Positions 35,801 through 49,000 of a stretch of DNA of 64,000 bases are shown in pieces. A program made the translations under genes and the position numbers. The notes under the pieces were generated by a model. That model saw only the letters and a program-made list of their open reading frames with translations. It was not told where the DNA came from and did no database searches. The stretch's first letter is position 1. Every line of letters starts with the position of its first letter. The DNA comes from Haliotis rubra (lineage: Eukaryota), in contig NW_025764892.1 of NCBI RefSeq assembly GCF_003918875.1, positions 1,984,001 through 2,048,000 on the forward strand, read 5' to 3'.

Positions 35801-38172
35801 AATGTGTTCATATTTGTTTTTAACATGGTCTTGTTGTAGAGATATTTATTTTGACACAAATGTCAAATTATATGTCTGTTCTATTTTCAGTTTTATTGTA
35901 AAGTAACGTAACGTAGATATTTGTCCTTGTTGTAATGTGAACTAGAATGTTTCGTTGATTTGGGACCTGTGAAAATCCGGGTTAGAATGTTGATCTTCAG
36001 TAACCCATGCTTGTCGTAAGAGGCGACTAACGGGATGGGGTGGTCAGACTCGCTGACTTGGTTGACACCTGTCATCGGTTCCCAAATGCGCAGATCGATG
36101 CTCATGCTGTTGATGACTGGATTGTCTGGTCCAGACTCGTTTATTTACAGGCCGCCGCCATATGGCTGGAATATTGTTGAGTGCGGCGTAAAACAAAACT
36201 CTCTCACTCACTCGTTGATTTAGTGTACATCTGTTGCAAACTTCTAGCAATAATACTTAGGTATAAATGCTAATTCGTTAAATCTGTTAGTTTTTCGTTT
36301 CCTTGTACCACAGTGGTTAAATAGATTAGTTGCTCATTAACTCAAAGGTCTGGTTCAGATTCTCAAAGTACAAAGTGTGAAGGTACTGCCTGCTTTGAGT
36401 ACATGCTTTGAATTTGCTGAACTATTACTAAAATCAGAATAAAAACACAATCACTCCCCTTTTCAAGTATGTTGTATTCATTCCCTTAAATGGATGGACA
36501 ATAGTACTTAACCAAATACCTCTTCAGATGCCCCTTGGTGTGATGTGAGGCCGACACATGCAGGTTTCAAGAATACGTTAAGACGTCCTTCCCCTCAAGA
36601 AGAAAGAGAGGTGGGAGAAGGGATCCTGTATCAAGGGCAGGAATGAACCAGCATGTATAATGTAAGTCACCAAGTCTTTGGATAGTATGTTAACAAGAAG
36701 ACAAAGTCATCAATATCCCCCACAATGGCAAAATACTCTTTATGAATATGTCTACGAGTTATGATTATGTCAAATGTTTTGGAGTGTATATAGCAAAGTG
36801 GAAGGAGAGTGTTGAAAGTTTTTTTAAGATCTGCTCCAGAAAGTACCACTACCACCAAATTCAGTTGAAGCCTAACTTGTTGCCATGGAAATGCAACAAG
36901 ATGACATCCTCATAGCCACAGCCTAAGTAACGTTTCCACGGAAACCACAAAAAACAAATTTGTATCTGGGTCTAACCATCAAATGGCACATCTATGGATC
37001 ATGCTTGATATGTGTACCACGTTTGGTTAAGATATCACAAATAGTTTAGTAGGTATGCTTCGAACAAAGTGTGACGGGCACACGGACGGAACTCGTTTCT
37101 ATATCCCCAGCAACTACGTTGTTGCGGGGGATAAAAAAAGACATGCATAGATAGTTCATATACCTGTGATCCGAGTTATAACTGGTCTTCAATAGCCCAT
37201 GCTTATCATGGGATCTTGTGGTCAGGCTCATTCACTAGGTTGATGCTAGTCATATTTTCCCAGATGCTGTACTGTCTGTATTGTCACTGTATTGTCTGGT
37301 TGAGAAACAATTATGTACAGACTGCGTCATGTAGCTGGAGTATTTCTGAATGTGATGTTAAAACCACAAACAAAACAGAGCTCATTTTGACTTAGTTCAT
37401 TCCCACAACATGATCTGATTGCTCAACCCTGTCTTGCTGTTGATTCTACTATATGTGCACATTTCTAGTTAACAATAAGGCCAGTTGGTATGTTTTGGTA
37501 CATTGAGCTGGTTGTGCCTTCCCTATTTGTATCTTGACCATTTGGATGACGCTTCAGTCGATTTACTTCAGACCCAGTTGGGGTGGTGAGGTAGCCTAGT
37601 GGTTAAAGCATTCACACATCAGGCAAAAACCTGCAAGGCATTCAACCAGCTCAGTTAAGAAAGATGCATTCTTATTGGTCTACCTGAGGAATATAATCTG
37701 TGTTTGGCCACGATCCTGCTGTTTACAGATTTTCTTTATATTCAGAAGCATCTCTTTACCCAAAGTAATGATTCAAATTTTTTACGCTGATAAATAACAT
37801 GTTGTGGTTCTTACATTATTTGCAGCAAAATATTTCAGGTTGAAAAGTTGACATACATCAATTTCGTCAGTAAACATGAAAAATCTGCCATCTCCATACT
37901 CTACAAGTAGAGAGAGTTTATGTTTTTTATGCTTTATTCAGAAACAGCATTGTCAGCCTAAGAATATTTCAGAGGTTGGAAAATAGTGATGTATGAAGTA
38001 TCGTTTTAAGTACACACTCTAAATATCTGTATTATGAAGTAATCATACATTCTTATTGACTCCTAGACAAGTGCTGGAAGTGATGGCAGGAGCAAGAAAT
38101 GAGGACATCGGGCAGCTAGCAGAGACCATGTATGAAAACACCCAGAAACTGTTCTTCCCCGATCACAGCTGA
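26893..38172 (+). CDS. TATDN1: TatD DNase domain-containing 1, 12 coding exons (apparent frameshift in exon 11)
   Basis: GT-AG exons: 26893-26929, 29553-29573, 29793-29837, 30044-30093, 31024-31087, 32696-32842, 33289-33331, 33457-33583, 34386-34462, 34967-35037, 36528-36661, 38067-38172. They give [81 protein letters not shown] and GRNEP, all TATDN1 signatures. Confidence 0.95.
27196..27761. mobile_element. MITE with ~70-bp TIRs in TATDN1 intron 1
   Basis: cagtttggggaaacctaccgatcggcctataataggccaaacgggatattataggctgttctgcctatt versus the mirrored right end ...tcggtaggttgccccaacctg. TSD not clear. Confidence 0.85.
28015..29335. mobile_element. Kolobok-like non-autonomous element carrying a transposase fragment
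   Basis: CTAA|agtactgtcggaaatgctagaaaaatgcttttt ... aaaaagcatttttctagcatttccgacagtact|TTAG: 33-bp perfect TIR, RR start, TTAA-like target. Confidence 0.75.
28440..28742 (+). pseudogene. N-terminal HTH fragment of an IS630-Tc1-mariner group transposase
   Basis: VYKFIVLEK...[16 protein letters not shown]...[23 protein letters not shown] resembles the DNA-binding region of Tc1-like (Sailor/DD82E-type) transposases. No DDE domain present. Confidence 0.6.
31128..32517. repeat. 30-bp minisatellite in TATDN1 intron 5
   Basis: Unit acaggccatgtcctgtaggttgagacagtt, ~45 copies; explains the [10 protein letters not shown] ORFs. Confidence 0.98.
33799..34036 (+). mobile_element. Short retroposon family A, full-length copy
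   Basis: 5' ggacccgtgaaggtctgggttagaatgaaccttcagtaaccc; TSD ctgtcagag/ctatcagag. Confidence 0.9.
35065..35309. mobile_element. CAGGG-terminal MITE with 6-bp TSD
   Basis: taaata|cagggatgagaat ... attctcatccctg|taaata. Confidence 0.88.
35962..36211 (+). mobile_element. Short retroposon family A, full-length copy
   Basis: TSD tcgttgattt; (TCAC)n tail. Confidence 0.9.
36691..37139 (+). mobile_element. Non-autonomous Helentron-like (HINE/pearl-type) element
   Basis: Starts aacaag. Subterminal atatccccca occurs at both ends, with a gacgg microsatellite and a 3' hairpin atcccc...gcaac-tac-gttg...ggggat followed by an A run. Confidence 0.7.
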
Positions 38173-40052
38173 TCACAGCAGGACTGTTGCAGCCAATCTG
38201 TGATATTAACAGGATACTCCCAGCTACACAGACCAGCCCTGTGTGTAGTGACATTTCAGGACTAAGGAATATTTATTGAAAGCTTTAGGAGTGAACTGGG
38301 TTTTTTGCCTGAATTGTTGACAAGTCTTTGAGGTTGACTGAAAGGTGTTTCAGTCTTTTTGTCATCCAAGTGGGTAACAAGATGACATATTCCGGTAAAG
38401 TTGCTTTGCTGAATTTATGTTGTCGATGTCAACAGTAACTACAAAAGTTGATTTTTCCCCAACAAAAAGTGAAGAAATAGACTGTAATATGGAAAATGTC
38501 TTTTATTTTCAACATTTATACAAACACAAAATAAAATATAATTGCATCAAACAACATGTTATGTTATTTTGTATTACAAATTGTTATTTGAACTTAACAC
38601 ATACCTGCCACTTCTCATACTGATAAATGTTTCATTGTAAATGTCTTTGGCACCAATCCGAAAAATAATATTCCACTGGAACAGAGTCTAGAACATGCAT
38701 GTCATATTACGTTAATTTAAACAGTTCTCACTGTTACACTTTATAATCTAAAGTATGTTATTATACACATACAAATGATGTACTGAATCATGGAATGAAT
38801 TACAAATGATGAAGTTAAAAGGAAACGTTTCTACATGACAAGGTTTCTCTTTAATGACACAGACAGCCAAATATTTACGTCTACTAAATGAAATAGAAAT
38901 GTAATTCAATGATTAGTTATGAGACAATTCAGGGGTCCAAATTACTAGAATGTCAGCTCAAGCTTCATGGTATGATCATCTGATACATACTTGTAATACA
39001 AATACAAAAAAACCTGCATATTCATGACTAGATACTGCTCAAAGGCTTAGTGCCTAAATAACTTTGTAATTTTGGAAGCACATTATGTTCTTTAATATGC
39101 TGCAATCTACATAATTAGCACCATGGTCCCCGACCACAGGGGGTCTTAATTGATCTTGTCGAGGATGGGGTGCTCGTCAACATACAGCAATAATTACAAA
39201 GTAATTTTCATACCGGTAATATGTTTGCACTATTTTCCTCAATAGTGGAATATCTTATGTCACATTAAGGGAAGGGTGAACATATTGCTTCTTACATGAT
39301 TTAATGTCAGGAAATCATACATTACAATTTAGGCATACAGTCAGATTATAGCACTCTGATGTTTTTATCACTGACTACATGTTAACTATTCAATTCAATT
39401 CAATTAGAGAACACAAAATGCATCATCATACTTAGATAAAATTTATTTTATTTGTTGTTTAATGCAGCACTCGGCAACATTATGTATGTGCTGAAAATAT
39501 TTACCTGTCCAAGATGAAAGTCTTATTACAGTTGTCAGGGAAACCATGACTAAAATTTTGTGACCATAGCAAAAAATATATTTACGAAAAGAGATGCTTC
39601 TTTCAACGATTACTTTAACTTACCAGGAACAATAAAACAAACTCTCATAACAAATCAGTGATGATTCTACATAAATTATTTTGGACTTCCAAAAGATAAA
39701 TTAATAACAAAAAAATCTATTTTTCAGGAAATAACATGATCATGTTTCTAAACAGATCATCTTGACATGTTTGAGACAAGTTTCTAATATCAGAAAGATC
39801 ACTATCACCTGAAACGTGATGGGTAATGAATATCAACTTTCATCAATAGGAATATGAACTTAAAACACATGAGGAACAAGAAACATACACTGAGAAAAGA
39901 ACATGAACAATTAAATGTAATAAATACATTCTTTTGATGAAGAAATGTTCTCACATTTCTGCTTTTCCAAGCTAATGCTGAAAGATGGAGCTTGCGAACC
40001 CAACCACCAGCAACAAGACAAGAGCTGCATCTTCCTCCTCCAATGCTGAGAG

Positions 40053-43000
40053 TTAATTGGCTGTTACTTGTGTGAAAACATTGCCACACCAGCCCACAAA
40101 TGAAACTGTATAGTTCTGCACAACAGAAAGGCTCCAAGATGTTGTTTGTTGAATATTTTCAGGAGTAAACTTTCCCCTGCAAGAGACATAAAGCAACAAA
40201 TGAAAACAAACAGGATACATTGTGACTTGTATAGGTGCTTTACATAACTTTACCTACATGTTTCCAAACGTTATCAAGTTTTAAAGTACAAAGACCTGAG
40301 GAATATGCTTCACCAGTTGAATAAATCCAGGAAATCAAACCTTGGCTTTCTGAGTAAGTGAGTGCATTGGGTTTAACCCATCTTTTAACATTATTCCAGT
40401 TATATCTGTGTGTGTCAAGTTAATGTGGGAAGAAAGCCATCAGTGATGCAAATCTCAGATGTTCACCACTTTCATGAAACCCCCCATGCACGCTTATAGT
40501 GCTGACCAACCTAGAAGCTTGATCAGGCTGGCCAGCATTCTAATATACCATCATAGGTAACCGCCTCCGTGGTGTAGTGGTTACAGCATCCGCCCGGAGA
40601 GCGGAAGGTCGCTGGTTCGATCCCCGGTCGCGCCATACCAAAACACATTAAAATATGGAACTTGTTGGTCCCTGCCTGGCACTCGGCATTAATGGGTACA
40701 ACAAGGACTGGTCGGCTCGGAGTCGGTATAATGTGTCTGAGTGGGGTATTCATGCCTAACTGAGGCATGGTATCTCAGTGAACTAGCACTAAAAAACCAG
40801 CTTAAGTCTGGGCTAGTACAAGCAGCCACACATACACACGCATGCACATCATCATATGAAGCGAAATATTCTCAAGTACGACGTTAAACCCCATTTCACC
40901 TCACCTCACACCATCAGAGGTTTAAGGAGAACCTGATCAATGGTAACTGTTGTGCTTATACAACTGATGACCATGTCCCTTAGTGACTAATGAATATGTA
41001 AACTCTTCGGCTACTCAAAAGCCTTAAGATAAAACACACATTCCAGGTGCTACTTAATGCAGTCATGTTACATCCATGTTTCTTATAGGCAAGTATGGAT
41101 CACTTACACCAGAACGTTCTGTAACAACCAGGAATACGCAATGCCAGCTATGTGTAAGATGTATTTCCATAACCATAATGAGTTGGTTTTCACAAATCCC
41201 CAACACAGCCAAAAGTATCCTCCAAGCTGTGACCAGAAGTCGGGGTTCAGTGAGTGCAGCTGGAAGTAAATAGGATTGTAATGTACATTTGTTATTGTTA
41301 TTGATCCTGAAGCAAACATCAAGGAAAATGTCTCTGCATAATATAGCATGGCCTGGCAAACCTTTGGTTTGTTCTTTCAACATCAGTCAATACCACAAGG
41401 ATATGATTACACATTATCACATAGATTATAGCCTCATTGAAGAAAGTTTACTGTAGCATTTAGCTGATCAGAACTCCCGTTCTTTAACACAGGCTTACAG
41501 TCATCACTGGTTATAGCAATAGGATCACTTTCTGCAACCATTCTGGCCATCATCAGACTCAGCACTTAAGTTGTCTCATGAAAACATGCCATGCTTACAG
41601 AAGTTCAGAGCAAGAATACTGTCTGAACTTCTGAGGGTCAAAAACTAACACTATATCTTGGAACAAACTGATCCCCAAGATCTTTATCCCCACTAATATT
41701 TGTCTATCAACATGATGAAGTGGTTCTTGGCGCTGCAATACCTAGTCACATTTTGTGTTTTGCTGTTATCAGTGTTGTTTCCAGTGACAATCATATGTCC
41801 TGTTTGTACTACATATATCTAGCTGTCTGATTTCTATGTTAACATTGCTTTATATAACATTTGCATTCATTTCGAAAATGAATTCCCTTGCGTGTAATAA
41901 AATACTGTTTTATCTATCCACATCTATCAACAGCTCAATTTCCACAATGAAAGTGAACGATTCCAGAGCTGCCAACCCCTGATTGCCAGTGTGCGAAATA
42001 GTTTCCAAATTTGGCTAGCCAGTCAGGCTAGCTATGACTAAACGTTACTAGCCCACAAAATAATTCATTAGCCCAAAATTTGAATGTAGAAACTAAGCAA
42101 AAGATTACAAAAAGGTAAATTACCATCAAAAACAAATAAGAAAACACATATCTGAATACATGAAAATTCACTAGCCAGTCGGGAGACTGTGGAGATTTAC
42201 TGGCCCGACTGGATTTTTACTAGCTACGGGCTAGTGGGCCAGTGGCTATTTCCCACTGCTGACTGCCCAATGAGTGAGAATGACCCAAGCCCAGGTCCAG
42301 GGACCATAGGCCCTGATCAGGTCCAGGGTGAAACCCTACCAAAAAAAATATGTTTACCAAAACTTAGGAACAACTCTAAGAAGGTTAAGAGATGACATAG
42401 CTTTGCGCTTTTGTGAATCAGTATCATTTTCGCGATCATTTTATTCAAAATGTTTGAATTTAAATATCCACGGGAGAAAATGGGAGCATGGCGTGAGAGC
42501 ATGAGTTTAGTTGGAAATGCGTGAGAGTTGACAGGTATGTGATTCAACACTCAGCATGACAAAGTATTGCAGACCAAAGTGTGGTGCACAGTCAATAATG
42601 CACTGTGCATATGTTACACCACCTACCCATTCAACAGCTTGAACTGTTTTCGCCACCGCATACTGCCTGTAGGGTCTGCTGGAGTCGACCGCCCAGAGAA
42701 CAAACTCAGACGACTTCCTCCAAGCTTGTGTCACATACGGGCCCACTTTCTCACATACAGTGGCATACATCAGTGGTACGTTCTCCCTCAGCCAGCTGTG
42801 AATATGACCAGCGGTCATTATTGTGACGGGAGGAGGGAAATGTTCTTTCATATTAAATCTTAATTGATCATTCCATGCAAACTTTGTGAAGATCTATACT
42901 TGTCCAATGAGTTCATTAACAGAGTCTGGTGGTCAGAGATGCTCGATACAAGTCATCCTTACCAAATACTTCCATCGTTTCTGAAGATAATCACTGGACT

Positions 43001-46000
43001 ATTTTATCTAGACAGTCAACTAGCAGGGATATTGCTGAGTGCAGTGTAAAATATCAAACCTACCAAGGCAGGTGAAAACCTCCTACAATAACATGCATAC
43101 TGCTGTCAAACGCACCAGAATATGGTGTTTTATCATGCAATGAAGACACTGTACTTACCCAATCACTTTGGAGAAGAACATCTGTATCTTCCTCCAGGCC
43201 TGCTCCAGGACAGCCAAGATACCATACTTGTTCAGGAACATTACCGTTCGAGAGCCTTCAGAAATACATAGATCTGGTTCACATGATGTGCTTAATACAT
43301 CCTTCAGCTGCATGGAAACTTTTTCATGGGATATCTTCTTATTACTGATGCTGTCATATCTTGTCATTTAAGGGCCAAGCAAACAAGACCAACATCCACA
43401 ATAAAAGCATGTAATCCAAACCTATTTTGATTTGATACAAAAACTACCAAAATGACTGACTCAGTAAGGCTTTACTCAACTTTTAGCAATATTCCAGCAA
43501 TATCATGGCAGGGGATACCAGAAACGGGCTTCACTCATTGTACCCATGTGCAGAATCGAACCAGGGTCTTCAGCGTGACGAGTGGACCTTTAACCAGCAG
43601 GCTACCCTACGCCCCCAAAACTGCCAAGATGAATCACAACTTACGTTCGATACTGGGGCTGGTGTATATGTCATATCCCACGATGCCTCCAATGACAAGG
43701 ACAATGGAGAATATCAGAGAGAACCAGGGAAATGGACTCTGACTTAACTTCAGTAGCAGCTCCTGCAAATCAGAAAAAGCAACAACATTATTCTTGTTCC
43801 TATATAACCATGATACGTTTGAATTACTTTAAACTATGTTTCTCAAGCACAGCTTTGAAGTAGTTTCTGACAACTGACCCTGCAGACTACAGCACAATGT
43901 TCATGGCCGTCTGGGATGCTGCGGCTCTGGGATGCGATCTCATCATTTGTCACAGAGAAGGACCTCAGCGTCTCTCTCAACATTTTCTTGTCCACCTTCT
44001 TGCATAATGTGTCCCAGTTGCTGTTGATGTGCTCCAGTAGGACTCTGAAACCCCCGAGGGAAAAGATCGTAGTTAGGGCGTGTTTATCTTCTTATTCACT
44101 TAGTTACCTGATATTTCATGACATGTAGTTCTTAATTTACAAAATACCATTACCAATCAATATACAACACTTTTCACAACACAATGTCTCATACAAACAT
44201 TTTGTACTGCTAGAAAATATGAACATGTTGAGTCTTCTCGGATTATATAAAACAAGTGTTTGCCACTGATATGGCAATGTCCCCCACTGCTAAAGAATGG
44301 AATATCTATATTTACTACTTTTTATTTTTTGGTCACATACAAGATGCCTGAAATGACTGGTGTCTGCCTAATCTCCCAATGTAGGCTGTCAACATAATTG
44401 AAAACATTGGGTGCAATGTTTTATGAGATATCACGTTTAAATAAGTTTGAAAAGCGGTCAAAGTGTCGTGGTGACCTTGAAGATAAGGCCAAGGTCACCC
44501 AAAAAACTGGTGTGTGCGTAATCCTCCAATGTAGGCTGTCACCAAATTTGAAGACATTGGGTACAACAGTCCATGAGATATCGCGTTAACAAGAGTTAAA
44601 AGTGTGCAAAGTGTCATAGTGACCTTGAAAATAAGGTCAAGGTCACCCAAATAAACTGGTGTCTGCGTAATCCCCCAATGTAGGCTGTCACCAAATTTGA
44701 AGACATTGGGTACAACAGTTCATGAGATATCGCGTTAAAAAGAGTTTGAAAAGTGTTCAAAGTGTTGTGGTGACCTTGAAAATAAGGTCAAGGTGACCAA
44801 AATCTACTGGTGTCTGGGTAATCCCCTAATGTAGGCTGTCACCAAATTTGAAGACATTGGGTACAACAGTTCATGAGATATCGCGTTAACAAGAATCGGG
44901 ACGATACGTTTACGGAAGCCGCTGAATACAGTCCCCCGTTCCGCGTTGTGGCAGGGGACAACAACCATATGAAACAAATTCATGTAAGGGACCTACCCTG
45001 ACTGTGGCAGATGTTTTGTGTACATCTGACACCATGTTGAAAAGGACAGCTTATCTGTCAGCAGACATGTCACCAAGTTAGACAGCAGCTGGAGAGTGAA
45101 AAACAATATTTGAAGATTTCTTTCATTTCAATATATAACATGACTATGTTTTTCAAAGACATTGCTCACAATCTGTTTCCCCCTTAACTTAAGTTTCACA
45201 ATTTAAAAGTGAGTGAGTGAGTGAGATTTTCACCACTTTTAGCAATATTAAAGCAATATCACAGCAGGGACGCCTAGTCAGAATTCATACTCTATGAGCC
45301 ACAGTGTTGAAAACAAGTACACAGTGCTTGGGATCTATTCCACCCACAAATCACAAAATGCTCTGACATGGACTCTGTTACATGTCCAAGGTTAAATCTG
45401 CGAACATGATGATGTCATGGTGATGTCGATAGGCTTACCTCATGTTTCAACTGTGGGACACATGACGGAGACGCCCTTGAGAGAAATGAGGGGAAGAAGT
45501 TCCTCAAAGACTTGGCTGGGTTTTCTCCAAATGCTATGGTCTACAACAGTAACACAAGTTGTAGGCAGGTCATGGTACAGCATTTAAACCACCCACAGGA
45601 AGTGTGATGGAGACAGTTCAGTGTGAGCTCTGATTAATACACTGTCAAACCAGTAGACTGACTGACTGAGTTTGGTTTTACACCGCTTTTAGCAATATTC
45701 CAGCAACATCACGGCGGGGGACACCAGAAATGGGCTTCACACATTGTACCCATGTGGGGATTCGAACCCAGGTCTTCAGCGTGACGAGCCAACGCTTTAA
45801 CCACTAGGCTACCCCACCGCCCCTCAAACCAGAAGAAATACTGGAATGAGATATGACTATCAAAAGAATTTAATGAGTGATGGAGAGTTCATTAATGAGG
45901 ATTAACATCAGTTTTCAGCGATACAATATATAACTTCCCTTCATATATGACAAGGTCCTACTGAACAGGCAGAAGTTGTCAGAACATCAGTGTTATTTCT

Positions 46001-49000
46001 CAGATTTAGTAAATACTCTACATATCAAAAGAATGAAAACTTCCTTTGCTTAAACATTCATCAGTGGCCTTGAGTTCGGTTAGAGTTAATAGTACGCCAA
46101 AATAATGTTACAAAAGGCATAGGAAGGTGTCCCTTAAACCGTATCCCCCTCACCTTCACTTTAGGGTATTGTGCCTGCAGCCTCTTCCTCAGATCTCCTT
46201 GTATGTTGGTGCCAGGGTTGAACAATATGTCAAGGACCTGGAAGTAGTCTCTCAGGGTCATGGAGCCAAATGCTGGGCGCACTTCTTTATGCCAGCTGGT
46301 AAGAAGGAAATTAGCTCATGACAAGTAGTACTCATAATGACAGAATGATTGTGTTATTACTATCTGCTTTTTACCATTTCTCAACGCTTTTTGGTAAGTT
46401 GATGCCATGAGGTGAGGTGAGGTGACATTGGGTTTAACGTTGTGCTTGAGAATATTTCGCTCATATGACGACGTGCATGCTTGTGTATGTGTATGTGCGG
46501 CTGCTTGTACTAGCCCAGACAGAAGCTGGTTTTATAGTGCTAGCCCACTGACATACCATGCCGCAGTGAAGCATGAATACCCCACTCAGACACATTATAC
46601 TGACTCCGAGCCGACCAGTCCTTGTTGTACCCATTAATGCCGAGCGCCAGACAGGGACCAACAAGTACCATATTTTAACGTCTTTTGGTATGACGCGGTC
46701 GGGGATCGAACCTGCGACCTTCCGCTCTCCGGGCGGACGCTCTAACCACTACACCACGGAGGCAGTCGTTGATGCCATGAAATATCCGTGTTTCACTGTG
46801 GAAACAATATGATATGATGTTCATGACATCATGCTCATGCCTCCAGTGCAGATTATCTGTAGGTTATCTGATATGTGTTTCTCACTTTTCTTCTCTAAAA
46901 TGTCCGCTGTTGCTCATGAGTGCTTGATTGAAGTCCCTGACCATAGATTTACACCATTTATTCACCAGGACAGATAATCAATATATGTTTGTCATGTATT
47001 CACTACACAGAAATGGGAAAATGCAATCAACAAAGGTATCCCTGATACCTTTCAGCTGCATGATTATGAGTTTCAACCTGTGAGCATTACTGATGATAGT
47101 CTCTTGTATAGAATGTCTCTCACCTGAACAAGTTCTCCAGGTATTCCACACAGTAAGGAGCAATGGAACGGTATCCCAGGGCTGGCATCATCAGATCCAA
47201 CCACACTACAATAACAGGGCATTTTAGAAGATTAACCAGGGTGTTCAAACAGACATTCTGTATATGTTAATATGATTTTTCAGGTCATGAATAAATATCT
47301 GATAGTGATTGCATCTAGGATTTGACATTTTCCAACAATGGCTGAAAAATATTACAATAATTTATGACTGTACACATCAACAAATTGGAACTAGTGTGTT
47401 TAGCTCAGAACATGAAACAGATTGTAAAAGTAGCTGCACAAAATACAGAATACCTAAAGTGTATAGATGAAATAAGCATCTACCTTAACATGCCTAAAGG
47501 TATACAGACTGCAGAAAATGCAAATCTGATGTTTAACAGTGTATCATACAGAATAGTTACCCACCTCTGAGACCACATCTGAGTCTCTTTACACCAGCCT
47601 GGCCTAGAGCCCACAGGATACTCAGACATCGCACAGGTCTGTTGTGGTGGGTCTTGAGCAGATCCAGGTACTGAAGTCACCATGGTTACATAGGTCATAT
47701 AGGTATCAAAGAGCATGGTAAATGTATACACTGACAGTTGCATTGTTTTTCTTAAGATTTCATTGCAATATCATATCGATACGAAAGACCACATATTAAC
47801 TCGCCTGTGGGAACTTGGAGAGAGGGATATCTGGTTTGTGGAAGGCCAGGGACTGGAGGAACAACCTGTAGCCATAGGTAGCCAAGCCTGGAACAAACAC
47901 AGTGTCATTACCATCATCACACTATTCAAAGCAACATCTGCTTTGTTATCAAGTCAAGATTGGTCCCTTGATACACAAAATTCCCAAGACCCAAGATAAT
48001 ACATTAAATTTGTATGTAAGTGTTTGAGTTGTGACCAAGAAAAACTTGTTTTCCTTTTCCTCCCATCATGCACACAAGCTGACTGATGTACATGGTTCAA
48101 ATGATCTGACAAAACTCACTACTATCCTTACTACAATAAATAATTGAATCTAGTGATCACGAATATTTATTTGAATTCATGAATGGATACAATTGGATTT
48201 ACTGAATATGGGAGTAAATCGTTACAGTCCTACCAGCTACCACAAACATTCTCCCATATGATACATGACTAACATGAAAGACTGCTACATGAAGGTTAAC
48301 ATACTAAACTTTATTAACATCCAACATCTACATCTAAGCAGCAGTACTCACCTTTCTGAGCCTCACTCAGCATAGTTTGTACACAGTGGTAGAAGAGATG
48401 CTCCAGTGTTTGTTCTGAACATTTCTTCATGGAGGAGATCAAAACTTCTTGGCAGCTCTTGCTCAACTTACACAAGGGGAAATCTAGGTATGATGAAATA
48501 GGAATAACTGTCATTATGTAACACAAGATGCTCTGTGTATTAAATATTACACATATCTGATAGGCCAAATGGGTCAATTTTGTTTGCATTCACTTACCTA
48601 TGATAATCCCTGAGGTCACAATCTCAGGATTGGTTACAAATGAAACTGACCATTGTCCAGACATGCTAAGACTTTTAAGAGTAGCCCTTGAACATTCTTG
48701 ACAAAAAGGAGTGAGTGAGTGAGTTTGGTTTTAGCAATATTCGAGCAATATCACGGCGGGGGCCACCAGAAATGGGCTTCACACATTGTACCCATTTGGG
48801 GAATCGAATTTGGGTCTTCGGCTAACGAGCGGACGCTTTAACCACTAGGCTATCCCCACTGCCCCTTGACAAAAAGGCATTTTTATGGTAAATAAACAAT
48901 TTGTTTCACATTTAAACATTGACATTCATTTGATTTCTTCATATTGCATTAAGAAGTTGGTATGATGAAGAGAAACAAGTTTTATGGACTGACAACTTCA

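Noticed and set aside
40561-40635. tRNA-like sequences here and at family B/D heads
   Set aside because: They are SINE heads with bodies, tails and TSDs; no complete cloverleaf.
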